Below, piece by piece: positions 1-9,569 of a stretch of DNA of 64,000 nucleotides (positions within the stretch are counted from its first letter, which is position 1; each line of letters opens with the position of its first letter). Both the position numbers and the translations under genes were made by a program. Location: NCBI RefSeq assembly GCF_000143415.4, contig NW_003314265.1, positions 3,230,529 to 3,294,528 on the forward strand, in the 5' to 3' direction. The notes beneath the pieces were generated by a model, which had not been told where the DNA came from, searched no databases, and saw only the letters and a program-made list of their open reading frames with translations. The stretch comes from Selaginella moellendorffii. Taxonomy: Eukaryota > Plantae > Lycopodiophyta.

Positions 1-682
1 TGGGAGGACCAAATATTGCCTTCTGGAAGAGGGGGCTGGTGTTTGGTGGAGAATCCTATTTTCAGAGGTGCAAGCCTTTGCTCGAATACTGGGAGAAGAT
101 TATATCTGCTATCCAAAATGGGCCGGTTGTATATGAAGAATTGGAATAGTCCTTTTGGCCAGAACCCAGAGCACCAGATAGTAGCGGAACAATGTCCTCT
201 AGAAATGCAGTGACAGATAACGATGTTGAGGATCACTATTGTGGGCCGAGGAACAAGATGCCGGATTCAGCATTCAATCCAGTACAGGTCTGCAAAGGAA
301 TGGTTGTGCTTGTCAGACCCAGTAATAAAAAACAAATGATATGGGTGGGGCGCTGCATCACTGATGCAGAGGAGGATGCGGAAACTAACTCCTTCAATGT
401 AACTGTGGTTCAAGCCAAGTTCCGGATATACGAAGGATTGCCTAGAAAAGAGATGGGTGCTGAATCCAAGGGATCCCAGCATGAGCATATCGGTGGATAA
501 TGTTGTGCATGGTTGGATGCGGAAGCAGAGTGCCACCATCACCTTGCCAGACCATGCAAGAGATGCAGCAAAAGCATTCATAACCCGGGTTCAAGGTGAG
601 ATTCATTAATATTCCTTTACTAAGTTTCTAATGTATTTTATTTCAAGGTGAACAATCCGAATCTGAATCAGAGGAGGCGTGA
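1..682 (+). pseudogene. 3' part of a frameshifted, transposon-associated hypothetical gene
   Basis: Protein-like reading across a frameshift near 410 (HYCGPRNKMPDSAFNPVQVCKGMVVLVRP...IWVGRC / WFKPSSGYTKDCLEKRWVLNPRDP...VVHGW), a short GT-AG intron near 596-647 and a final exon GEQSESESEEA*. Family not identified. Confidence 0.35.
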
Positions 683-1696
683 TGGCATGTGGCCTTACGC
701 CATTCCTAGGTGAGATGATACAAATAACAAGTATAAATTCTTAGTTGTTCTAGCAAATCTTACTTAAAGTTTAAGGTGAACAAGCCGAATATGAATTCAT
801 CGGATTGTTATAACAAATTGCGAGGTGATGGCATGAGGCGATATGCCATTTGAGAGTGGTAGCCATTCCTATATGAGGTGAGTGAAATATTTATTAGAAA
901 TACCTCATTCAATTGTGCACTTCTAAGTCTTGGTCCACTCAGTACTGTTTGCATGTTTTTATTTTAGTTCTTTCTCTAAAATGTTATTTAGCATGTGGCT
1001 TCATGCCATTGCTCTCCACAATCATGCATTGAATTTTTCTATCCTTGCATAATACTTCTCCATATATATAGCATGTGCGCACATGTGATATGGTTCATTA
1101 GGCCTGATATAGTGTGTGAGGTAAAACAAAGATGATGTGACATATGCATTTACCAATCACACGTGCATAAATCTAATAATATGGCGTGTGGCCCATATTA
1201 ATGGCACATAAACCCATATTGTGGGCTTACGTGCTTTATGTACCATCATTCCCTTGCAGCGTGTGTGTTGGTTTCCTTTTATAACACAACAAACTCCATA
1301 TTTTAGGGTGAAGAGCGTTCTCATGGCAAGCACAAAATCTGTAAGTGAGGCAGAAAAGGAGACAGAGAAGGAGATAGGTGAAGATGTAAAATATATAAGT
1401 CTTCCAAACTCCCTGTACTATACTCTAGGTGATCATTTTTCTGAACAAACGGCAACATTAACAACTATCGAGAACGCCCCAGTAACGTCAGAGACAACAA
1501 TCCAAAGCAAAACAACTGACCCGGAGAAGGATGATAGTACCGCTGAGAGTACCAAAAAGGAGGTGTCCACTAGCGCTTAGGCTTATAATGGCGTGTGCCC
1601 TCATGCCATTTACTTGATCACCAAATACCTTTTTCCCTTTGCACTAGTATATCTTAATACCGGTCTGAGAAATAGAATGGCATGTGCCCTCAGGCC
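682..1696. repeat. Dispersed palindromic motif ATGGCRTG-N6-7-YAYGCCATT (about 6 copies)
   Basis: Copies at 682-704, 828-850, 991-1010, about 1181, 1587-1610 and about 1676. Resembles transposon subterminal repeats. Confidence 0.6.
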
Positions 1697-2203
1697 TTTT
1701 ACTAAATCACCTTGAAAGAAATGCAAGCCTCTATGTCGTAAAAAAAAGGTACTAGAGAAATTCCTTAATAATATGAATGTTATTTAGTTTCATGAAAATA
1801 CACTAAGGGTCAAATGAGTTAAATGACTTCTCCAGACTAGCAATGCCTCTTGCTACACCTTCACAATTAGATTCGTTCGAAAAAGATAACATTGAATAAT
1901 ATCTAAATGTTCTCACCATTAAGTTATATGTCTGGCTAATAGGAATGACGTTCATCTTGGAAAGCTCACCACATGCTCAATGAACAAACAAATAGTGTGT
2001 GCGCGCATGCCATCGCTCTTCTTTAGCTTCAGATTCGGTTTGTTCACCTTGACAATGAGATTTATTATACAACCAGATGGACTCAGTCTGGACATAAAGT
2101 CACCGCGCTAGTCACCATGCCCCAGATATGTCTAGCCCCTGGACAAAAAACATATAATTTCACGTCATTTTCAAATACTTGAAAATTTATACCTAGTCCC
2201 ATT

Positions 2204-2900
2204 TTACTGAATAAATCCCACTTTAACGAAATAGAGCATGTTGGCATACTTGGATGCTGTGTGGACAAAGTTCGTCTGCTGCAAGCGGCAAAGGGGGATT
2301 TCTCTGATCAAGTCATAAGGGCCTGGCCACTTGAGTGCCTCAAGTGTTTGGTGAACTGCTTTTTCCCTTGTCCGCATAACAATCTTTTGGAAGCGCTTGT
2401 CCACCATGTTGTCAGGAAGGTCTGCAACTCTTTCAGCTCCAGGCTGTTCCTCAGGTTCCCTATCGTGAACACCACTAGATTGCCCAACTTCAGGGATTTG
2501 CATTGGTGGTGGTGGCGGTGGTGGTGGTGGTGGCGGGGGTAGAGGCAATAGTGGGAGTGGTGGTGGCAATGGTGGTGGTGGCGGTGGCGGCAGGGGCAGA
2601 GGCAATAGTGGCAGTGGTGGTGGCAATGGTGGTGGTGGCGGTGGCGGCAGGGGCAGAGGCAATAGTGGTAGTGGTGGTGGCAATGGTGGTGGTGGCGGTG
2701 GCGATGGAGGTGGTGGAGGTGGTGATGGAGGTGGTGGAGGTGGCGATGGCGGTGGTGGAGGTGGTGATGGTGGAGGTGATGGTGGTGGAGGTGGTGAATC
2801 TCTAACTAAATGTGTCTCTGTTGTGCCAATGGACATGTCGATTGTGATGTCGTCGTCAGTGCCAAATTGAACTTCTCGTGTCTTCTTGGCTCCAACAACC
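2204..2900 (-). pseudogene. Truncated proline-rich, ParB/Srx-like gene fragment (homologue of the 33.4-37.1 kb gene)
   Basis: Polyproline tract followed by EKAVHQTLEALKWPGPYDLIREIPLCRLQQ...YFVKVG, which aligns with EQIVSKVL*EMA*NGPYRFLVPLCRLVQ...FAKVG at 33.9-34.1 kb. Confidence 0.6.
2503..2797 (+). repeat. GGT/GGC-rich tandem repeat (57-bp and 21-bp units) encoding polyproline on the minus strand
   Basis: About three copies of PPPPPPPLPPPLPLLPLPL and several of SPPPPPP in ORF 2204..3337. Confidence 0.9.
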
Positions 2901-3094
2901 NNNNNNNNNNNNNNNNNNNNNNNNNNNNNNNNNNNNNNNNNNNNNNNNNNNNNNNNNNNNNNNNNNNNNNNNNNNNNNNNNNNNNNNNNNNNNNNNNNNN
3001 CTGCAAGAGAAAAAGTTTTGTTAGTCAAACTAAATAAAGATAATGAGAAATTCAAACAGTCAAAGAGAAAAAAAAAATCAAGTGGGCCTAGACT

Positions 3095-3179
3095 CCACCT
3101 CGGGCACTTTGGGCTGCCGAGGGGGCCGAGGTTATTCAAATAACCTCGGCCCCTCGGCGAGAAAAACTGCCCGAGGTGG
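3095..3179. repeat. 85-nt GC-rich symmetric inverted repeat
   Basis: Outer arms CCACCTCGGGCA (3095-3106) and TGCCCGAGGTGG (3168-3179); 9-nt spacer on each side; inner arms 3116-3136 and 3139-3158 with one bulge and a 2-nt loop. Confidence 0.9.
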
Positions 3180-3398
3180 CCGGCCCGAGCTCGACCTCGG
3201 GCAGCAAAGAAGCAATCACGAAAAAAAAAAGGGAAGCAATGGAATGGAAGAAATGGACTCAAAAAATGGAAGTGGAAGCAATCAAAGGGAAGCAATGCAA
3301 TGGAAGCAATGATATCAAAAAATGGAAGTGGAAGCAATCAAATCAAAACTCACCCTTGGTGGCACCTTTCCTCCCCCGATTTCTAGATTTCTTGTGCA

Positions 3399-3700
3399 CT
3401 CAATCTCTCCCGCTCGCACACTCAATCTCTCCCACTCGTGCACTCAATCTCTCCCACTCGCCCACTCAATCTCTCCTACTTGCGTGCTAAATCTCTCCGG
3501 CTCGCACGCTCAAACTCTCCCATTCGCGCGCTCAATCTCTCCCGCTCATGCGCTCAATCTCTTGATCTCTTGCACGCTCAATCGCTCGATCTCCTTCGCA
3601 CTCAATCCCTCGATCTCCTTCGCTCTCAATCGTTCGATCTCCTTCGCGCTCAATCGCTCGATCTCCTTCGCGCTCAATCTCTCGATCTCTCACACGCTCC
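3399..3700 (+). repeat. CT-rich minisatellite (about 22-bp then 24-bp units)
   Basis: CTCAATCTCTCCCRCTCGCRCA-like units followed by CGCTCAATCGCTCGATCTCCTTCG-like units. Confidence 0.85.
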
Positions 3701-4844
3701 ACTCACGGTGCGAACAGTAACCTAATCTTGGCAGCTACCCTAACTGACGGCTGCCCTAACCCTAACCAATCTCTAATCCTGGCCGTTCATTCCGAATAAC
3801 CTAAATCTCAACCATCATAATATCTTTGATCTTATTTTATCTTATCATTATTATTATATGTAAATTATGCTTCTTTATTTTGTATATTTTAATGATGGTA
3901 TAACTAGCACCTATCAACGTTTCTGTTATTAGAGATATGATATTATATTTTACAAATTATCTAGAAAGGATGCATTCTCATCAATATTTTGTACATATTT
4001 TGGAATCGTTACAAGAACTTCAAAGAGTATAAATAAGGCACGTTAAAATATGTTGTACTATATCCATCTATGAATGGATGAATCCTCATCCAGAAATTTA
4101 TTTTATGTTGTATTAGATCCTAAACAATAGGCACATGCTTTAAATGTCATTGAGCAGTGTTCACAATTATGGATAAAACTTGAGTTGTACTACAAATCAA
4201 ATTTGTCATTGAAGAATAAGATTTGACAAGATTTATTATCATCTACCACTTAAAATTTGACAACTTGATATATCACACGTGCTGATAGTTAGATTGGATC
4301 TCTTGGTTTGACACGTTATAGCAGAATGTCATTACTAGTATTATTATTAACTATCAAACTTCACGTGCTGAAAATCTTTCTTTGGATCTACGTGTATACA
4401 TGCATCAGACATCATAATAGATGACAATAATATTAATGCTATTGCACTTGCATATGTTAAATTTGCTATAGAATTTAAATTCATTTTGTACGTTGTCTTC
4501 TTATTACTCTATTTAAATTTCAATTATGTTTCACTATAGATTTTTACAAGTAGCATAAAGAGAGAGAACTCCAAAACCTATTGAGAAGGATGGAAAGGTT
4601 TCTTCTTCATTTTCGAGATCACCCACCTCTTTCATTCTCTCAGAGTATTGTTTCTGAAAGTTTTTTATGTCGGCGTTTTGATCTTCGTCTTGGCTCTATT
4701 TCTTTAGAGGCTGTGATCCGCAACGACACCAGTATAGTTGCATACTCGGAGTTTCTTCTTTCTGGTGTGGGCGAGGGTGGACAACAATGGGATTTACAAA
4801 ATTCCAAGTTGAAGGAGATTCGAGTGTTTGGATCTCCAGTCAAA

Positions 4845-7800
4845 ATGCCAAAATGCGCTCCAGCCAAAGTGAATGTGAAGCAAGAGTCAGTCGTTATCCT
4901 CTTGTCCTTTTCTAGTTCAAGTGGAGATGTCATGCTAGNNNNNNNNNNNNNNNNNNNNNNNNNNNNNNNNNNNNNNNNNNNNNNNNNNNNNNNNNNNNNN
5001 NNNNNNNNNNNNNNNNNNNNNNNNNNNNNNNNNNNNNNNNNNNNNNNNNNNNNNNNNNNNNNNNNNNNNNNNNNNNNNNNNNNNNNNNNNNNNNNNNNNN
5101 NNNNNNNNNNNNNNNNNNNNNNNNNNNNNNNNNNNNNNNNNNNNNNNNNNNNNNNNNNNNNNNNNNNNNNNNNNNNNNNNNNNNNNNNNNNNNNNNNNNN
5201 NNNNNNNNNNNNNNNNNNNNNNNNNNNNNNNNNNNNNNNNNNNNNNNNNNNNNNNNNNNNNNNNNNNNNNNNNNNNNNNNNNNNNNNNNNNNNNNNNNNN
5301 NNNNNNNNNNNNNNNNNNNNNNNNNNNNNNNNNNNNNNNNNNNNNNNNNNNNNNNNNNNNNNNNNNNNNNNNNNNNNNNNNNNNNNNNNNNGCGAGGCCA
5401 AGATGTATTACTTTCTTCCACAGGATGGAGTGGCTGGAAGAGCTACAGTGGATGTTGGCACACATATGCATCCAATGCAGGAAGGGATATAAAGGAGTTC
5501 TCTCAACCGTTTCAAAGATGTTGTACAGGAAGAGACTATGAGAAACTCATCTGCAACTCTGAAGCATGTTCAGAAGACCGTCCTCAAGGATTTTATCGCA
5601 AATACCTTACTCAATCCAAGTTGCCAAAAAACTCAACTAAACGAGGCTAGCTTACGGGACTTACTACGAGGAGTACAACTTGCTACTAGCCTAAGGAGGT
5701 ACATCCATTATTTTTCATACGTTATAATAATAATTTTTTCTTACATTATATTGTTTAGGATAAAATCTTGGATGTGTGAATCTCGAGAGGGGAAATTGCA
5801 ATCAAAAATTGACTCCATCCTTGAATTGAAACGGACCTGTCCATATGAGTTCATCCACGGAAGTTTGTTTCCAGACCAAGTTGTGAATGAGCAAGAGCGC
5901 CCCTTCATCTTCAAAATGTCTACCATGGGCCCTACCTCTAGCGTAGATCTTGTCTCCCGAATGGACATGTTTGGGTCCAGTGACCTTGCAAATACATGGG
6001 TACATTTTGACCATATGGAGCGTGTATCCGGTTGGACAACCATGGGAGCTTATGTGTATGATCCAAGGTAATTTTTATTCTCATTATATTGAAATTGTTA
6101 TAATATTTATGTTTTTATAGGCTACGTTGTAACTTAACAATTGCGACAGCAGAGTTTAAAGTACAAGACCAGACAGCACAGGAAATATTTTGGAAGTCCC
6201 TCTCTGATATTGTCCTAAAGCGGACTGGTAAGCCTGCAAACTTTCGTGGTTTCATGGCAGATGGGGCTTGTGCAAACTGGAATGGTATCCGAGCAATTTT
6301 TGGGAAGGGTCAACCATTGGAAGGTCGTGAGAGGACTTGTGAGTTCCATTGGGCTCAAAGCCTAAACCAGCACTCCCACCTTATTAAGCCAGAGTTTCAA
6401 TCAATATTTAAGGAGTTGTGCAAACAATGGCAGGTTGCACCTTTTGAAGAAGAGCATGAGGCAAAAGCAAACAAGATCCGAATGTGGTGGCGTGAAGATG
6501 GCCATACAAACGTAAGTTGCCTACCACAACTTGAGTCATGGTTAGGATGGTGGGAAGTTAGGATGTTCCAATGGGGACATCACTCTTTTCAGGTTGGTTT
6601 ATATTTTTTCTTCTCCTTTTATTACCTTTTAATATTGCCTTTTCCATTAGGATCAACCACTTGAGGACCTTGCATACACCCCAACTGTGAATCTCTCCAA
6701 AAGTAAGCATTGGAGTTGGCGTTCCTCTGAGGCAGGGAAAGGGAAGATGAGTCTATACGAAGCCTGTCTATCAGATTTGATACGTGCTATAGAGCAATCT
6801 TCAAAAGCACTGGCATTCGAGGAAGGAAGATACATGGGAACAGGGCCTTTTGTTGAGATGTTACATGATAGGATGAAGAGAAAATTAACTCCACCCGCCC
6901 GAACAGTGGCAACTGTAGTTGAGGAAGTGGTCCATGGCACATCTATGGAGTACACTCCCCGAGCTTCTATTGGTGATATGAAGACTGTCCGCTCAAAGCG
7001 TCATTTTTCCTTTGCTAGGGAAGATGTTAGTATGGACCTTGGAGCAAAAAGCTCTCACAAGCCTGATGTCGAGTACCATTCTGCTCCAAGACACCGCTCT
7101 CGGACTGAGCCACCTCAAGTGGCTGATGAAGAGAGTGCATTGCAACAGGTTAAAATTGCTTACCGTAGCGTGGAGCTGAAGCAATGGGCAATCCGATACG
7201 TGCCAGCAAAATCGAATGTAAGGTGTGTGGGGATGCTTCCGAGGGGCAAGTGTTGGGCCTGGATTCGTGGTGAATATTCCAGCCCCATGTTTCTATGGGG
7301 AACGAAAGCAAGCAGGATTTTCAAGATGGTGTTGGCTATATTGTTGCAACACCGACGCCAACCATACGAAGTGACTTGAAGACACTATAGTGACTAAACC
7401 TGATGCAGTACCTAAAGAATGGCGGTTGCTAATGGGGTTGCGTTCACCTTGGATGAGATTGAAAACCTTGATAAATTTGGTTTTAATCTTGAGAGGAGAG
7501 TTGGAGACATGAGTGACAGGAGTAGGACTATTCCTACAGAGATGCACAGGAGGCTAGCACGAAAAGGTAAGGCAGTTAAATTTATTGGTACTGTCTCCAA
7601 GCAGAAGCAAAGTAAAATAAACTTGGCTCAAACACTTGAGTGTGAGATTCTCTCCACGAAGTACATCACTGCACTTGCAAAGGAGTATATAGTCAAAACA
7701 GAAGGTGGAGAGTACACAATTGCCATTCACGACTTTCCTTCTTGCACATGTCTAGACTTTACGAAGCACGAGGAACATGGGAAGGCATATGCTCCTTGCA

Positions 7801-7916
7801 AGCATATGTACTACATATTCATCAACATCTTGCACCAGGATCCTAAAGTGGATATTCATATACACCAAGCAAGCCTTACTATTGCTGAGTTGCAGAAAAC
7901 TTTTGGAGCTAATTAG
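4845..7916 (+). mobile_element. Decayed Mutator-like (MULE-type DDE) transposase with C-terminal SWIM zinc finger
   Basis: Spliced reading with introns 5699-5758, 6068-6120 and 6593-6650 gives WVHFDH (D1), FRGFMADGA (D2), RERTCEFHW (CxxH), PTVNLSKSKH (E position reads K) and SWIM CTCLDF...PCKHMYYIF. Stop at 5490-5492 and frameshifts near 7290-7420. The 5' end is uncertain (N gap). Confidence 0.75.
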
Positions 7917-8007
7917 ATTTCTCCAACACTATCGATGTTTATTCTCTATCAATAAAACTTATTATACTTTATATAATTAATAAAAATGTGCTTTTTCATT
8001 TCACTTT

Positions 8008-8460
8008 TCATTTTATATGCTTCCAAGTGTTCTTCTCGCAATACTGCCCATAGTACTCGTGTGTCTCCATTTCTGTCTTTACCATCTCAAAAAAGATTTC
8101 ATGGTAGTCTTTCGGGTGCATGATGTTGCAGTGTGTCGCAAGAGCATATATACCATCATACTGATCATTGCCATTGTTTCCTTTAGATGCTAGAAAACAT
8201 ATGGGGCACTTCTTAAAAGTGGTAGAATTGCACTTTTCTAAAATAAGTAAGAGAGCATTCTTTTTCACCCAATTTGTTGCACCCTTTGTCATTGCATTTA
8301 TCTCCAACTCATGATCACTATCCTCACTATCCTCTCTTTCATTTTCTTGTGTGATTTGGTTATGCTGTGCAATGGGATAGTTATTGCATCTCCTAGCCCT
8401 TGAACCCTGGGAAGAAAGATTGTGAGAGTTAAAATTACCAACACTAGAACCCATAGACAT
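8008..8460 (-). CDS. Small intact 150-aa zinc-finger protein (C2H2/zf-XS-like)
   Basis: ATG-started open frame with an acidic patch, then CPIC-x12-YDGIYALATHCNIMHPKDYHEIFF. A TATAAA-like element lies about 120 nt upstream on the minus strand (about 8578-8584). Confidence 0.55.
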   Translation of the reverse strand: MSMGSSVGNFNSHNLSSQGSRARRCNNYPIAQHNQITQENEREDSEDSDHELEINAMTKGATNWVKKNALLLILEKCNSTTFKKCPICFLASKGNNGNDQYDGIYALATHCNIMHPKDYHEIFFEMVKTEMETHEYYGQYCEKNTWKHIK

Positions 8461-8982
8461 TTGTGGGTGTATTTCCCTTTTTTCGAATGAGAGTGTGAAT
8501 GAAGATCTATAAATTCTAGACAGTATGCTACGACAAACCCCTCAAGAATATATTCTACAAAGAACTAAGTCTTTCTTTTATATGCAATAAGCTTATATCA
8601 ACGGTTATTTTTTTTCCTTTCAAACAATTATATGGCTTTACATAGAATCTTATTTCAAATTTAATAATTTTTTAATTCTGAAAAACCTAACATTTACTAG
8701 CCAGAAAGCATAGAGTACAAATTTAAAGAAGTGACAAGAATACTCTTTTTGCAAACATTTTATTTTATGTTTTAACAAATGTCCCTATCATTGCATGTAG
8801 TAAATATTTAAATTATTAGAACAAAAAGTGTTCTTTAGAACATTTTTATCTATATAATATATAGAGAGTTATTAAATTATTAGGTTTGCCATAACCTTAA
8901 AATTTTAAAATTTATAATGTTTGTACTAAATTACAATTGAAAATTGAGCTCAACTCATGAGCTCAAGTATGGTCCGCGCCCC

Positions 8983-9016
8983 CACTTAGGTGCCTTGAGT
9001 GAACAGGTTCACCTAG
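8983..9016 (+). mobile_element. Helitron-type 3' terminus (hairpin, 11-nt spacer, CTAG)
   Basis: Stem CACTTAGG-tgc-CTTGAGTG (8983-9001, two G-T pairs), 11-nt spacer, CTAG at 9013-9016 followed by T; sequence character changes at this point. Confidence 0.5.
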
Positions 9017-9210
9017 TTGGAAGAAAGTTGGTCCAAAAAAGCGAGCATATCATCAGTAAATGGTTGGAATGATATCTCGAAAATGGTATATCCAAATGAA
9101 GTGATGTCTTTTGCTCTGGTATGTGTATTTGTGTCCCTAGTATGGTGTAAATATGACTTTAAATAGAGATGTGAATGATGGTGAAAGAATGAAAGATGCA
9201 AGACAGGCAT

Positions 9211-9293
9211 CTGGAAGTAAGTGCAGGCAATGCTACTTCTGGAAGTAAGTGCAGGCAATGCTACTTCTGGAAGTAAGTGCAGGGAATGCTACT
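9211..9293 (+). repeat. 28-bp tandem repeat x3
   Basis: Unit CTGGAAGTAAGTGCAGGCAATGCTACTT. Confidence 0.9.
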
Positions 9294-9569
9294 AGAAGTG
9301 AATGGTGATGGATATGTGAGTGTAGATGATATGAAATGTGTATGGGGAATGTGTGGGGTAGAGTAATAGTAAGGGAAGGGCCAAAGAACTTAAAACATAA
9401 CTTGAGCCAAGTGAGGAACCTCCATACAAATGGCAATGTAGCCTAAGCATGAAATCCAAGGCAAAAGCCATGGTCCAATGGAGAAACACCCTTTGAAAAT
9501 AAGAAAAGAAGCCATGAAAGTAAAGTGAAAGAAAAAAAGCAAAAGAAAAAGAAGAGAAAAGGAACACCT

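Noticed and set aside
1221-1580. 119-aa T/E/K-rich ORF
   Set aside because: Low complexity, no domain, lies within TE repeats.
4581-5492. Long ORFs spanning N runs
   Set aside because: Their length is an artefact of assembly gaps.
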